Below the pieces are notes generated by a model. The model worked only from the letters and a program-made list of their open reading frames with translations, was not told the origin of the DNA and ran no database searches. The position numbers and the translations under genes were made by a program. Positions 25,657 through 32,000 of a DNA stretch of 32,000 nucleotides are shown here, one piece after another. The DNA is from Bellilinea caldifistulae (GTDB lineage: Bacteria; Chloroflexota; Anaerolineae; Anaerolineales; Anaerolineaceae), in the NCBI RefSeq assembly GCF_001306055.1, contig NZ_LGHJ01000018.1, forward strand, positions 30,001 to 62,000. Direction: 5' to 3'. The first letter of the stretch is position 1. Every line of letters begins with the position of its first letter.

Positions 25657-26589
25657 TCAGTTTTCTTCAAACAAACGGCAGGTTGCGCATAAATCACCCG
25701 TAGAGGTGGGTTGACCGCAGGACGGGCAGGGATTGAGGATGACCTCTCCCTGCTCGTCTTCGATGGGGTGGATGAATCCCTGTTCCATTGCATTAAAAAA
25801 TCCCAGCAGAAAGCGCAATTTGACGCCGGGTTGCTGTTCTTCAAGGCGGTTCAGCAGGTCTTTGTATTGCAGTTGTTTGCTACCTTCGGCAAAGGGGCAT
25901 TCTTCTTCAATGTATTCAATTCCACGCACAATCGAATAGGCCGCAGTTTCGCGTTCGGAGAAACGAATAAACGGTTTTACTTTACGAACAAAGCCTTCTT
26001 CAGCCTCCAGGACTGGCGATTGGCGCGGAATCTGCCGCAGGTTCCAGGATAGTAAGTTTCCAAACAGGAAGGATACCTCATCATCCAGATTATGGGCGGT
26101 AGCCAAAACACTGAAACCCAACTGGCGTGCCATTTGATTCATGGTGTGGCGTTTAATTAAACCGCAGACAGCGCACGGCTTTTGACGACCACGGTGGGTA
26201 CGCAGGGCAATGGCAGGTACCGATTCGCCGCGCCGTTCCTCGACATGGTAAATGTGTAATTTTAATCTGCGTTGGTCCGCAAATTTTTGGGCGGCTTGTT
26301 GCGACTCATCCGAGTAGGCAAATTCCCCCCCAATACCGAGGTTGATGTATAAGCCTTCGGCTTCATAACCCAGTTGCCAGAGGACATCCCAAAGCGCAAG
26401 CGAATCTTTGCCGCCGGAAACGGCCACCAGAATCCGATCCTGATGGGTGAACATCCGATATTTTTCAATGAATCGTTGGGTTTGTTCGATGAACCATTGT
26501 GGGTAGTGATCTTTACAAAGCGCAAGGCGATGCTGCCGCATCCGAATCACGGCGCGTTGTGGACATTTGTGACAGCGGATGGTGGTCAC
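25657..26589 (-). CDS. ttuA: tRNA 2-thiolation PP-loop ATPase, TtuA/Ncs6-like
   Basis: An N-terminal Zn finger (CHKCPQ...CKDH) is followed by the PP-loop SGGKDS, central CAVCG plus a later Cys (Fe-S ligand pattern), and a C-terminal CPSCG...CATC Zn finger. The GTG start overlaps the stop of the upstream ThiS-like gene (GTGA). Confidence 0.8.
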   Translation of the reverse strand: MTTIRCHKCPQRAVIRMRQHRLALCKDHYPQWFIEQTQRFIEKYRMFTHQDRILVAVSGGKDSLALWDVLWQLGYEAEGLYINLGIGGEFAYSDESQQAAQKFADQRRLKLHIYHVEERRGESVPAIALRTHRGRQKPCAVCGLIKRHTMNQMARQLGFSVLATAHNLDDEVSFLFGNLLSWNLRQIPRQSPVLEAEEGFVRKVKPFIRFSERETAAYSIVRGIEYIEEECPFAEGSKQLQYKDLLNRLEEQQPGVKLRFLLGFFNAMEQGFIHPIEDEQGEVILNPCPSCGQPTSTGDLCATCRLFEEN

Positions 26590-26786
26590 CGCGCACCCCC
26601 CGAAATTGCGGAAATTACTTTGACCTCTTCTCCGTTTCGCAGGATGTCATTTTCATTCAGCAGTTCCCCATTCCGCACAATGAGGTGACTTTCGGGCGAA
26701 AGACCCAATTTTTGCAACGCTTCGCGAACGGTGAGCGTGCCTTCAACCTCTAATTTTTGTTTACGATAAATCAAAACGACCGGCAT
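26586..26786 (-). CDS. ttuB: ThiS/MoaD-fold ubiquitin-like sulfur carrier, TtuB-like, with two residues (Ala-Arg) after the Gly-Gly
   Basis: A 66-aa protein ending ...VKVISAISGGAR. The SAISGG segment matches what I recall of the Thermus TtuB C-terminus. The SD GAGGAGG lies 7 nt upstream of ATG 26786, and the gene is coupled to ttuA. Confidence 0.75.
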   Translation of the reverse strand: MPVVLIYRKQKLEVEGTLTVREALQKLGLSPESHLIVRNGELLNENDILRNGEEVKVISAISGGAR

Positions 26787-26835
26787 GGCTTCACCTCCTC
26801 AAAGGTGATTCATTTTAACACAAGTAAGAAGGGTC

Positions 26836-27570
26836 TTATTGCCCGATTTGTTTTTGAATGCAGAACAACCACTCCTGTACATACGGATCGGGCACAGTTA
26901 ATTCTGCCAGCACAGGAAATTCACGGACATTTTGATCACCTTCAATGTTGACCAAAGTCACCTGTTCGTTGCTCCATTGTGTAGTGAGAATGCCGATTGC
27001 CGACGGATTTTCTACAATGTTCTTGCGCATTTGAAGCGGGTGGGGTGCTAGAAAGGCCAGCGCAGAAAGTGATTGCGGTGATAAACCGCTCCATTGACTA
27101 AAATTTTCCATGATGGAAAAGGATTGTGGGTAAAGCCAGAGTTGAATTTCGGCATCAGGCAGGTTTTCGGCAATTTCGTTCCATTGGCTAATCTTTCCGG
27201 TGAAAATCGCCTGCATTTTGGCATTGCTCAGCTCGCGAATTGCAAGAGCGGGATTGACTGCGACTTGTAGGGTATCACTTGTGATCTGGTAAGTATTTTT
27301 TGAGGGCGAGGTTGTTGAGCCCCAGTATATTTGGACGGTTGATTCAACTTCCGCCACAAGTGGGGTTTCTGTGGACAGAAGGATCCAGTTCCGCTCCGGG
27401 ATTTGCTGACTGCAAGTTTGCATGGCGGGTCGTAGCCACTCGACAATCGGGTCCACTTGAATCTGCACAGAAGGGAGCGGGGTTGAGGTCGGCAGGGCGA
27501 CTGGTTCAACGCTGCATGCGGTGATCAGCAGGATTGTCAACCCAAAAAGGAAGAGTTTATAAACCCGCAT
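26836..27570 (-). CDS. Lipoprotein with periplasmic-binding-protein (PstS/PBP_like_2-type) features
   Basis: The signal peptide plus lipobox is MRVYKLFLFGLTILLITAC. The segment LSNAKMQAIFTGKISQWNEI resembles the L-x-x-IF-x-G-x-I-x-x-W motif of PstS-like binding domains. The gene overlaps the uppP stop by 14 nt. Confidence 0.55.
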   Translation of the reverse strand: MRVYKLFLFGLTILLITACSVEPVALPTSTPLPSVQIQVDPIVEWLRPAMQTCSQQIPERNWILLSTETPLVAEVESTVQIYWGSTTSPSKNTYQITSDTLQVAVNPALAIRELSNAKMQAIFTGKISQWNEIAENLPDAEIQLWLYPQSFSIMENFSQWSGLSPQSLSALAFLAPHPLQMRKNIVENPSAIGILTTQWSNEQVTLVNIEGDQNVREFPVLAELTVPDPYVQEWLFCIQKQIGQ

Positions 27571-28381
27571 AAGAAAAAATCAAGGTTATTGCTGCCAGCA
27601 AAAGGCAGTAAACCGCAAATGGGCGCAATGAGCGGCGGGCGAGAAAACCCAGCAGCCAGTGAATGGATGAATAACCCACGATGGCGGCCGTAAAAAAACC
27701 TGCAATCATGCCGGGCAGGAAAGCAGCCAGATTGGGCAATTGAACTAAATCAATCAACCCAATCAGTCCCGCAGCTGCCATAATCGGGATGGACATCAGG
27801 AACGAAAAACGCGCAGCAGCGGGGCGGTCCAAATTGCGCGACATACCGCTGGCAATGGTCGCGCCGGAACGCGAGATACCCGGAAAGAGCGCCAGGGCTT
27901 GTCCAATTCCAATCCAGACGGCATCCACCCAGTTGAGAGTAGACAGGTCGCGGCTACGTTTCCCGATAGTTTCGGCAATCCACAATAAAGCTGCAGTTCC
28001 AATCAAGAAAAAGGCAACGCTCACCGGACTCTTAAAAGCCGCTTCGACGACATCCTTCAGTAAAATTCCGGCAATTCCGGCCGGCAGACTGGCAAGCACA
28101 AGCAGCCAGCCCAGACGGGAGGAGGAAGCGGAGAAAGGCTGACGGTTGACCAATCCTTGAATAACTTCGATCAGGATGCGCAGTAAGTCCTTACGAAAGT
28201 AAATTATGACGGCAACCAGCGTACCGACTTGAACCAGCACGTCAAACGGAAAAATCTGCTCGTCTGGTATTTGCCAGCCAAAAAAGAAGGGCGTCAAAAC
28301 CAGATGCGCAGAACTGGAAATTGGCAGGAATTCTGTTATTCCCTGAATGATGCCAAGGATCAAAGCCTGTAAAAAATTCAT
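27557..28381 (-). CDS. uppP: Undecaprenyl-diphosphate phosphatase (BacA/UppP)
   Basis: MNFLQALILGIIQGITEFLPISSSAHLVL is the canonical UppP N-terminus. PGISRSGATI is also present. The ATGA overlap couples it to the tgt stop. Confidence 0.93.
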   Translation of the reverse strand: MNFLQALILGIIQGITEFLPISSSAHLVLTPFFFGWQIPDEQIFPFDVLVQVGTLVAVIIYFRKDLLRILIEVIQGLVNRQPFSASSSRLGWLLVLASLPAGIAGILLKDVVEAAFKSPVSVAFFLIGTAALLWIAETIGKRSRDLSTLNWVDAVWIGIGQALALFPGISRSGATIASGMSRNLDRPAAARFSFLMSIPIMAAAGLIGLIDLVQLPNLAAFLPGMIAGFFTAAIVGYSSIHWLLGFLARRSLRPFAVYCLLLAAITLIFSYAGL

Positions 28382-29505
28382 GCTTGTGCCTTTTCCGGGA
28401 GAGTGTAATGGGCAAGGAACTCCTCTGCAAATTGTTCAAAAGTTCCTTCAAGGATCGCCCGCCGCGCATCTTGAACCAGATAAACGAGCGTGGCGATATT
28501 ATGGATGGAGATGAGTGTTGCAGCCAGCATTTCTTTGGCAACGATCAAATGGCGCAAGTAAGCCCGGCTGAAATGGGTGCAGGTGTAACAGTGGCACTTT
28601 TCGTCTATTGGGCGGGGATCGCGGGCATGAGCCGCATTCATGAGGTTAAGCCGGCCCTGTCGGGTCATAGCGGCCTGATGACGGGCAAGGCGGGTTGGAA
28701 GTACACAGTCGAAAATATCCACGCCGCGGCGAATGCCGTTGATCAGGTCCTCGGGGGAACCTACTCCCATCAGGTAGCGGGGTTTGTCTTCCGGCAAAAT
28801 CTGGTTGAGCAGTTCCAGTGTACGGTGCATTTCTTCTTTTGTTTCCCCTACCGAGAGACCGCCGATGGCATGGCCGGGAAACCCCAATGAAGAGATAAAC
28901 CGGGCGGATTGCTCCCGCAGGTCCGGAAAAATACCTCCCTGAACGATACCAAATAGAGCCTGATCGGGGCGGGTTTGCGCAGCGAGACAACGTTCAGCCC
29001 AGCGATGGGTGCGAGCGACAGCCTGCTGGTTGTAGGCCCGGTCGTACGGGGGAGCGCATTCATCGAAGGCCATGATGATGTCAGCACCGAGTTGTTCCTG
29101 AACCTGAATGGCTTTTTCGGGCGTGAAACGGTGGATTGAGCCATCAATATGGCTCTTAAAGGTGACGCCGTCCTCATCAATTTTGCGCATTCCCGCCAGT
29201 GAAAAGACCTGAAAACCGCCCGAATCGGTCAAAATAGGAGAGTCCCATCGCATAAAGTGATGAAGACCACCCATCTCGGCTACCAGATCGGCACCGGGGC
29301 GCAGGTAGAGATGATAGGTGTTGGCCAAAACCAGCGTTACGCCAATTTCTTTTAGCTGGGCGGGGGTGACTGCCTTAACCGTTGCCTGCGTACCCACCGG
29401 TGCAAAGATGGGTGTCAGAAGGTCACCATGCGGCGTGTGGAAAACCCCGGCACGGGCATTGTGATCTTTTGCGACTAAATCATATTGGAAGTTGAAGGTC
29501 GTCAT
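28378..29505 (-). CDS. tgt: Queuine tRNA-ribosyltransferase
   Basis: Start is the ATG at 29505 (MTTFNFQYDLVAKDHNARAGVFHTPHGDLLTPIFAPVGTQATVK). The motifs LTDSGGFQVFSL, VQGG and the zinc site CHCYTC...H are present. The residues encoded between 29506 and 29772 of the ORF are not Tgt-like. Confidence 0.93.
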   Translation of the reverse strand: MTTFNFQYDLVAKDHNARAGVFHTPHGDLLTPIFAPVGTQATVKAVTPAQLKEIGVTLVLANTYHLYLRPGADLVAEMGGLHHFMRWDSPILTDSGGFQVFSLAGMRKIDEDGVTFKSHIDGSIHRFTPEKAIQVQEQLGADIIMAFDECAPPYDRAYNQQAVARTHRWAERCLAAQTRPDQALFGIVQGGIFPDLREQSARFISSLGFPGHAIGGLSVGETKEEMHRTLELLNQILPEDKPRYLMGVGSPEDLINGIRRGVDIFDCVLPTRLARHQAAMTRQGRLNLMNAAHARDPRPIDEKCHCYTCTHFSRAYLRHLIVAKEMLAATLISIHNIATLVYLVQDARRAILEGTFEQFAEEFLAHYTLPEKAQA

Positions 29506-29544
29506 TCCACCAAATTCTATATATGGATTTACCAAGTCCAAAGG

Positions 29545-29572
29545 ATTATAGCCTGATTCTTGCATTTGGCAA
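29545..29572 (-). promoter_or_regulatory. Candidate promoter of the tgt operon (TTGCCA-16 nt-TATAAT on the minus strand)
   Basis: TTGCCA is the complement of 29567-29572 and TATAAT is the complement of 29545-29550. This gives a leader of about 35 nt containing GGTGGA before ATG 29505. Confidence 0.45.
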
Positions 29573-29586
29573 ACCTTCGGTTTGGC

Positions 29587-29615
29587 TTGCAGGAACGCAA
29601 ACCCCGTTTTATACT
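29587..29615 (+). promoter_or_regulatory. Candidate promoter giving leaderless alr mRNA (TTGCAG-17 nt-TATACT)
   Basis: TTGCAG lies at 29587-29592 and TATACT at 29610-29615. The ATG at 29623 follows 7 nt later with no SD. Confidence 0.4.
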
Positions 29616-29622
29616 TGTGCAC

Positions 29623-30753
29623 ATGAATTCCCCCCTTCCTACCGCATGGCTGGAAATAGACCTCAGTGCCATTCAAAATAATTACCGGGAATTGTGCCGT
29701 ATTAGCGGGGCAAAGGTGGCGGCGGTGGTCAAAGCCAATGCATATGGGCACGGTTTGGTTGAAGTTGCCCAAGCCGTACTCGAAGCCGGGGGCGAATGGC
29801 TGGCAGTTGCCCGCTTTGAAGAGGCTGAGCAGTTACGCAAAAACTGGATTATGGCCCCCGTTCTGGTGTTGGGATATACCCCGCCGGAACAAGTTGTGGA
29901 GGCAGCCAAAGAGAACATTCGCTTGACCCTGTTCGATACCCAGACGGCAATCCGGTATTCAGCCCAAACCAGCCAACGAGGGATGACCGTAAAGGTGCAT
30001 ATCAAGGTGAATACAGGGATGAACCGCCTGGGAATTGCTCCGCAGGATGCCGTCGAGTTCACCCGCTGGGTTTCTGGTCTTCCCGGCATTGAGGTGGAAG
30101 GTGTTTTTACGCACTTTGCGCGGGCAGATGAGCCGGCGGCAGATACGACCGATCGGCAGATACGCATCTTTGATGAGGTGCTTGCCAGCCTGCGTTCAGT
30201 CGGGATTCAACCGAAACTTTTCCATGCTTCCAATTCTGCGGCGGTTTTTAACTACCCGCAAGCGGCTTATGATATGGTGCGTTGCGGGATTGCATTGTAT
30301 GGGCTGCATCCCTCCCCTGAAACCCTGCTGCCGGCAACATTCAGGCCTGCGTTGACCCTGAAAACTCGCCTGACAAGCATTCGGGAACTGGATGCTGGGG
30401 AAGGAGTCGGCTACAACTACCGCTACTACACGTCCAAGAAAGAGCGGATTGGCACCATCGCAATTGGTTATGCGGATGGTTTTCGAAGGGTGATGGGCAA
30501 CAAAGTGCTGGTTAACGGCGTCGAGGTCCCTGTGGTTGGATCGGTTTGTATGGATCAATGTATGATTTCATTGGATGGCATTCAGGGCGTTCAGGTTGGG
30601 GATGAGGTCGTATTAATTGGCAAATCGGGTGGGCTTCAACGCACCGTCGAAGATGTGGCGAAAGAATGGGGCACGGTCAATTACGAAGTGGTCTGCGGAA
30701 TGGCAGACCGCCTGACACGAAGATTCATTCACTCCAATGATAAGAAAGGCTAG
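29623..30753 (+). CDS. alr: Alanine racemase
   Basis: MNSPLPTAWLEIDLSAIQNNYREL...AVVKANAYGHG carries the PLP-Lys motif. Later come HFARADE-like THFARADEP and the C-terminal VCMDQCMI. The protein is 376 aa from ATG 29623. Confidence 0.93.
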   Translation: MNSPLPTAWLEIDLSAIQNNYRELCRISGAKVAAVVKANAYGHGLVEVAQAVLEAGGEWLAVARFEEAEQLRKNWIMAPVLVLGYTPPEQVVEAAKENIRLTLFDTQTAIRYSAQTSQRGMTVKVHIKVNTGMNRLGIAPQDAVEFTRWVSGLPGIEVEGVFTHFARADEPAADTTDRQIRIFDEVLASLRSVGIQPKLFHASNSAAVFNYPQAAYDMVRCGIALYGLHPSPETLLPATFRPALTLKTRLTSIRELDAGEGVGYNYRYYTSKKERIGTIAIGYADGFRRVMGNKVLVNGVEVPVVGSVCMDQCMISLDGIQGVQVGDEVVLIGKSGGLQRTVEDVAKEWGTVNYEVVCGMADRLTRRFIHSNDKKG

Positions 30754-30755
30754 TC

Positions 30756-32000
30756 ATGCAAAAAGTTGCCTCAAAACGCTGGAAACTGGCAGAAAAAATA
30801 CCACCGGAAATCGAACAGGCATTGAGTTATTATCCGGCTTTCTTTCGTCAGGTATTGTATAACCGCGGCATTACCAGTACCGAGCAGGCCATGGCTTTTC
30901 TCAGTCCGGGCGAAGATTTTCACGACCCCATGATGCTCCTAAATATGGCGGGGGTGGTAGAACGACTGCTGTATGCCATTGATCATCATGAACCGATTGC
31001 CGTTTATGGGGATTATGATGTGGACGGAGTCAGCGCAACGGCTTTGCTGGTAGAAACCATTCAATTACTGGGTGGAAATGTCACCGCATACATCCCCAAC
31101 CGCTTTGAAGAGGGTTACGGTTTGAACATTGAAGCGCTGGGTCATTTACGGGAGCAAGGCATTCGTCTGGTATTAACGGTGGATTGTGGGATTCGTTCGT
31201 TACAGGAGGCAGAGCATGCCAGACAGATTGGATTGGACTTAATCATCAGTGACCACCATCACCCATTGGATGAAATTCCGCCGGCAAATTTTGTGATTTG
31301 CCCCAAACAAAACGGTGACGAATATCCGGAGAAAAATCTGGCGGGGGTGGGGGTTGCCTATAAAATTGCTCAGGCATTACTTCGGCAGCGCCGGAAAGAA
31401 CTGCCACGCGAAGGATTTGGCCTGGATCTGGTGGCATTAGGCACGGTTGCGGATGTTGTGCCGCTCACCGGCGAGAACCGGCTTTTGGTGCGGGCTGGAT
31501 TGAAAGAGTTGAGGCGTGGTGGGCGCACCGGTTTGCGTTCCCTGGCTCAGGCTGCCCGACTCAATCTTGGGGCATTGAGTACTTCCGACATTGGATTTGG
31601 TTTAGCGCCGCGTTTGAATGCCGCCGGGAGGTTAGAATCGGCGCTGGCTTCTTACCAGCTGCTGCTTGAGAGGGATATTCAGCAAATTGGCATGCTGGTT
31701 CAGCATCTGGATGATCAAAACCGCGAACGGCAAAAAATCACTACTGAGATGCAAAAACGAGCCGAAGAGCTCATTCAGGAGGAGGGATTCGAGGAAATCC
31801 TGTTTGCTTTTGATGAAAGTTTCAATCCTGGGGTTGTCGGCCTGGTGGCAGGTAAGTTAACCGAAAGTTACTACCGTCCGGCGGTGGTGGGACATATCAA
31901 TGGGGAATATGTGCGGGCTTCCTGCCGGAGTATCCCCGCTTTTCACATCACTCAGGCATTGGATGCCTGTGCCGATCTGATGGTACATCATGGGGGACAT
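30756..32000 (+). CDS. recJ: Single-stranded-DNA-specific exonuclease RecJ, 3'-truncated by the window edge
   Basis: This gene is not in the supplied ORF track because it has no stop inside the window. My hand translation from ATG 30756 is open to base 32000. It contains IAVYGDYDVDGVSATALL, LTVDCGI, ISDHHHP, GVGVAYK, LVALGTVADVVPLTGENR and APRLNAAGRL, which are RecJ DHH-family motifs. The start lies 2 nt after the alr stop. Confidence 0.9.
   Translation, partial: MQKVASKRWKLAEKIPPEIEQALSYYPAFFRQVLYNRGITSTEQAMAFLSPGEDFHDPMMLLNMAGVVERLLYAIDHHEPIAVYGDYDVDGVSATALLVETIQLLGGNVTAYIPNRFEEGYGLNIEALGHLREQGIRLVLTVDCGIRSLQEAEHARQIGLDLIISDHHHPLDEIPPANFVICPKQNGDEYPEKNLAGVGVAYKIAQALLRQRRKELPREGFGLDLVALGTVADVVPLTGENRLLVRAGLKELRRGGRTGLRSLAQAARLNLGALSTSDIGFGLAPRLNAAGRLESALASYQLLLERDIQQIGMLVQHLDDQNRERQKITTEMQKRAEELIQEEGFEEILFAFDESFNPGVVGLVAGKLTESYYRPAVVGHINGEYVRASCRSIPAFHITQALDACADLMVHHGGH

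Noticed and set aside
29506-29772. 89-codon N-terminal extension of tgt, and the 29560 TTG start of alr
   Set aside because: Tgt homology begins at MTTFNFQYD (29505) and Alr homology at MNSPLPTAWLEIDL (29623). The extensions cross the divergent promoter region and each other.

Overview
This 32-kb window is ordinary chromosomal core genome. Coding regions sampled by hand are about 53-57% GC. I saw no rRNA, tRNA, CRISPR array, transposase or phage gene. The gene set suggests a Chloroflexota-like or thermophile-like bacterium, which is inference only. The supporting genes are an archaeal-type ProRS, a TtuA/TtuB tRNA-thiolation pair, a short type I glutamine synthetase and a DHH-CBS-nucleotidyltransferase fusion. 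Several probable leaderless starts fit the same picture. In order, the window holds: the end of the nuo operon (nuoM 5'-truncated, nuoN); a self-contained ATP synthase Fo operon (AtpZ/AtpI-like, atpB, atpE, and a b subunit fused to only the C-terminal domain of delta) that ends at a hairpin with no F1 genes; murE; and rpsO-pnp with a structured pnp leader. Next comes a tightly packed minus-strand operon: small ORF, low-GC GT87/DUF2029-like membrane protein, MazG-like, LOG, proS and a helical-repeat protein. After that: a monocistronic EF-G paralogue; a methyltransferase plus lipoprotein; a GNAT plus DHH-DHHA1-CBS-poly(A) polymerase/CCA-type nucleotidyltransferase; a C39-like peptidase gene interrupted by two in-frame TAA codons; an NBR1-like lipoprotein; and recA. 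glnA follows, preceded by a roughly 360-nt GC-rich structured leader that ends in a terminator hairpin. The window closes with a tgt-uppP-lipoprotein-ttuB-ttuA operon, alr, and recJ. recJ is 3'-truncated, runs off the window, and is absent from the supplied ORF track. The most interesting items are the glnA leader RNA (a candidate undescribed attenuator or riboswitch), the doubly interrupted peptidase gene, the b/delta-C-terminal-domain fusion in a split atp locus, the TtuB homologue with residues after its Gly-Gly, and the low-GC two-gene insertion. All function calls come from reading the translations by eye; no database search was run.
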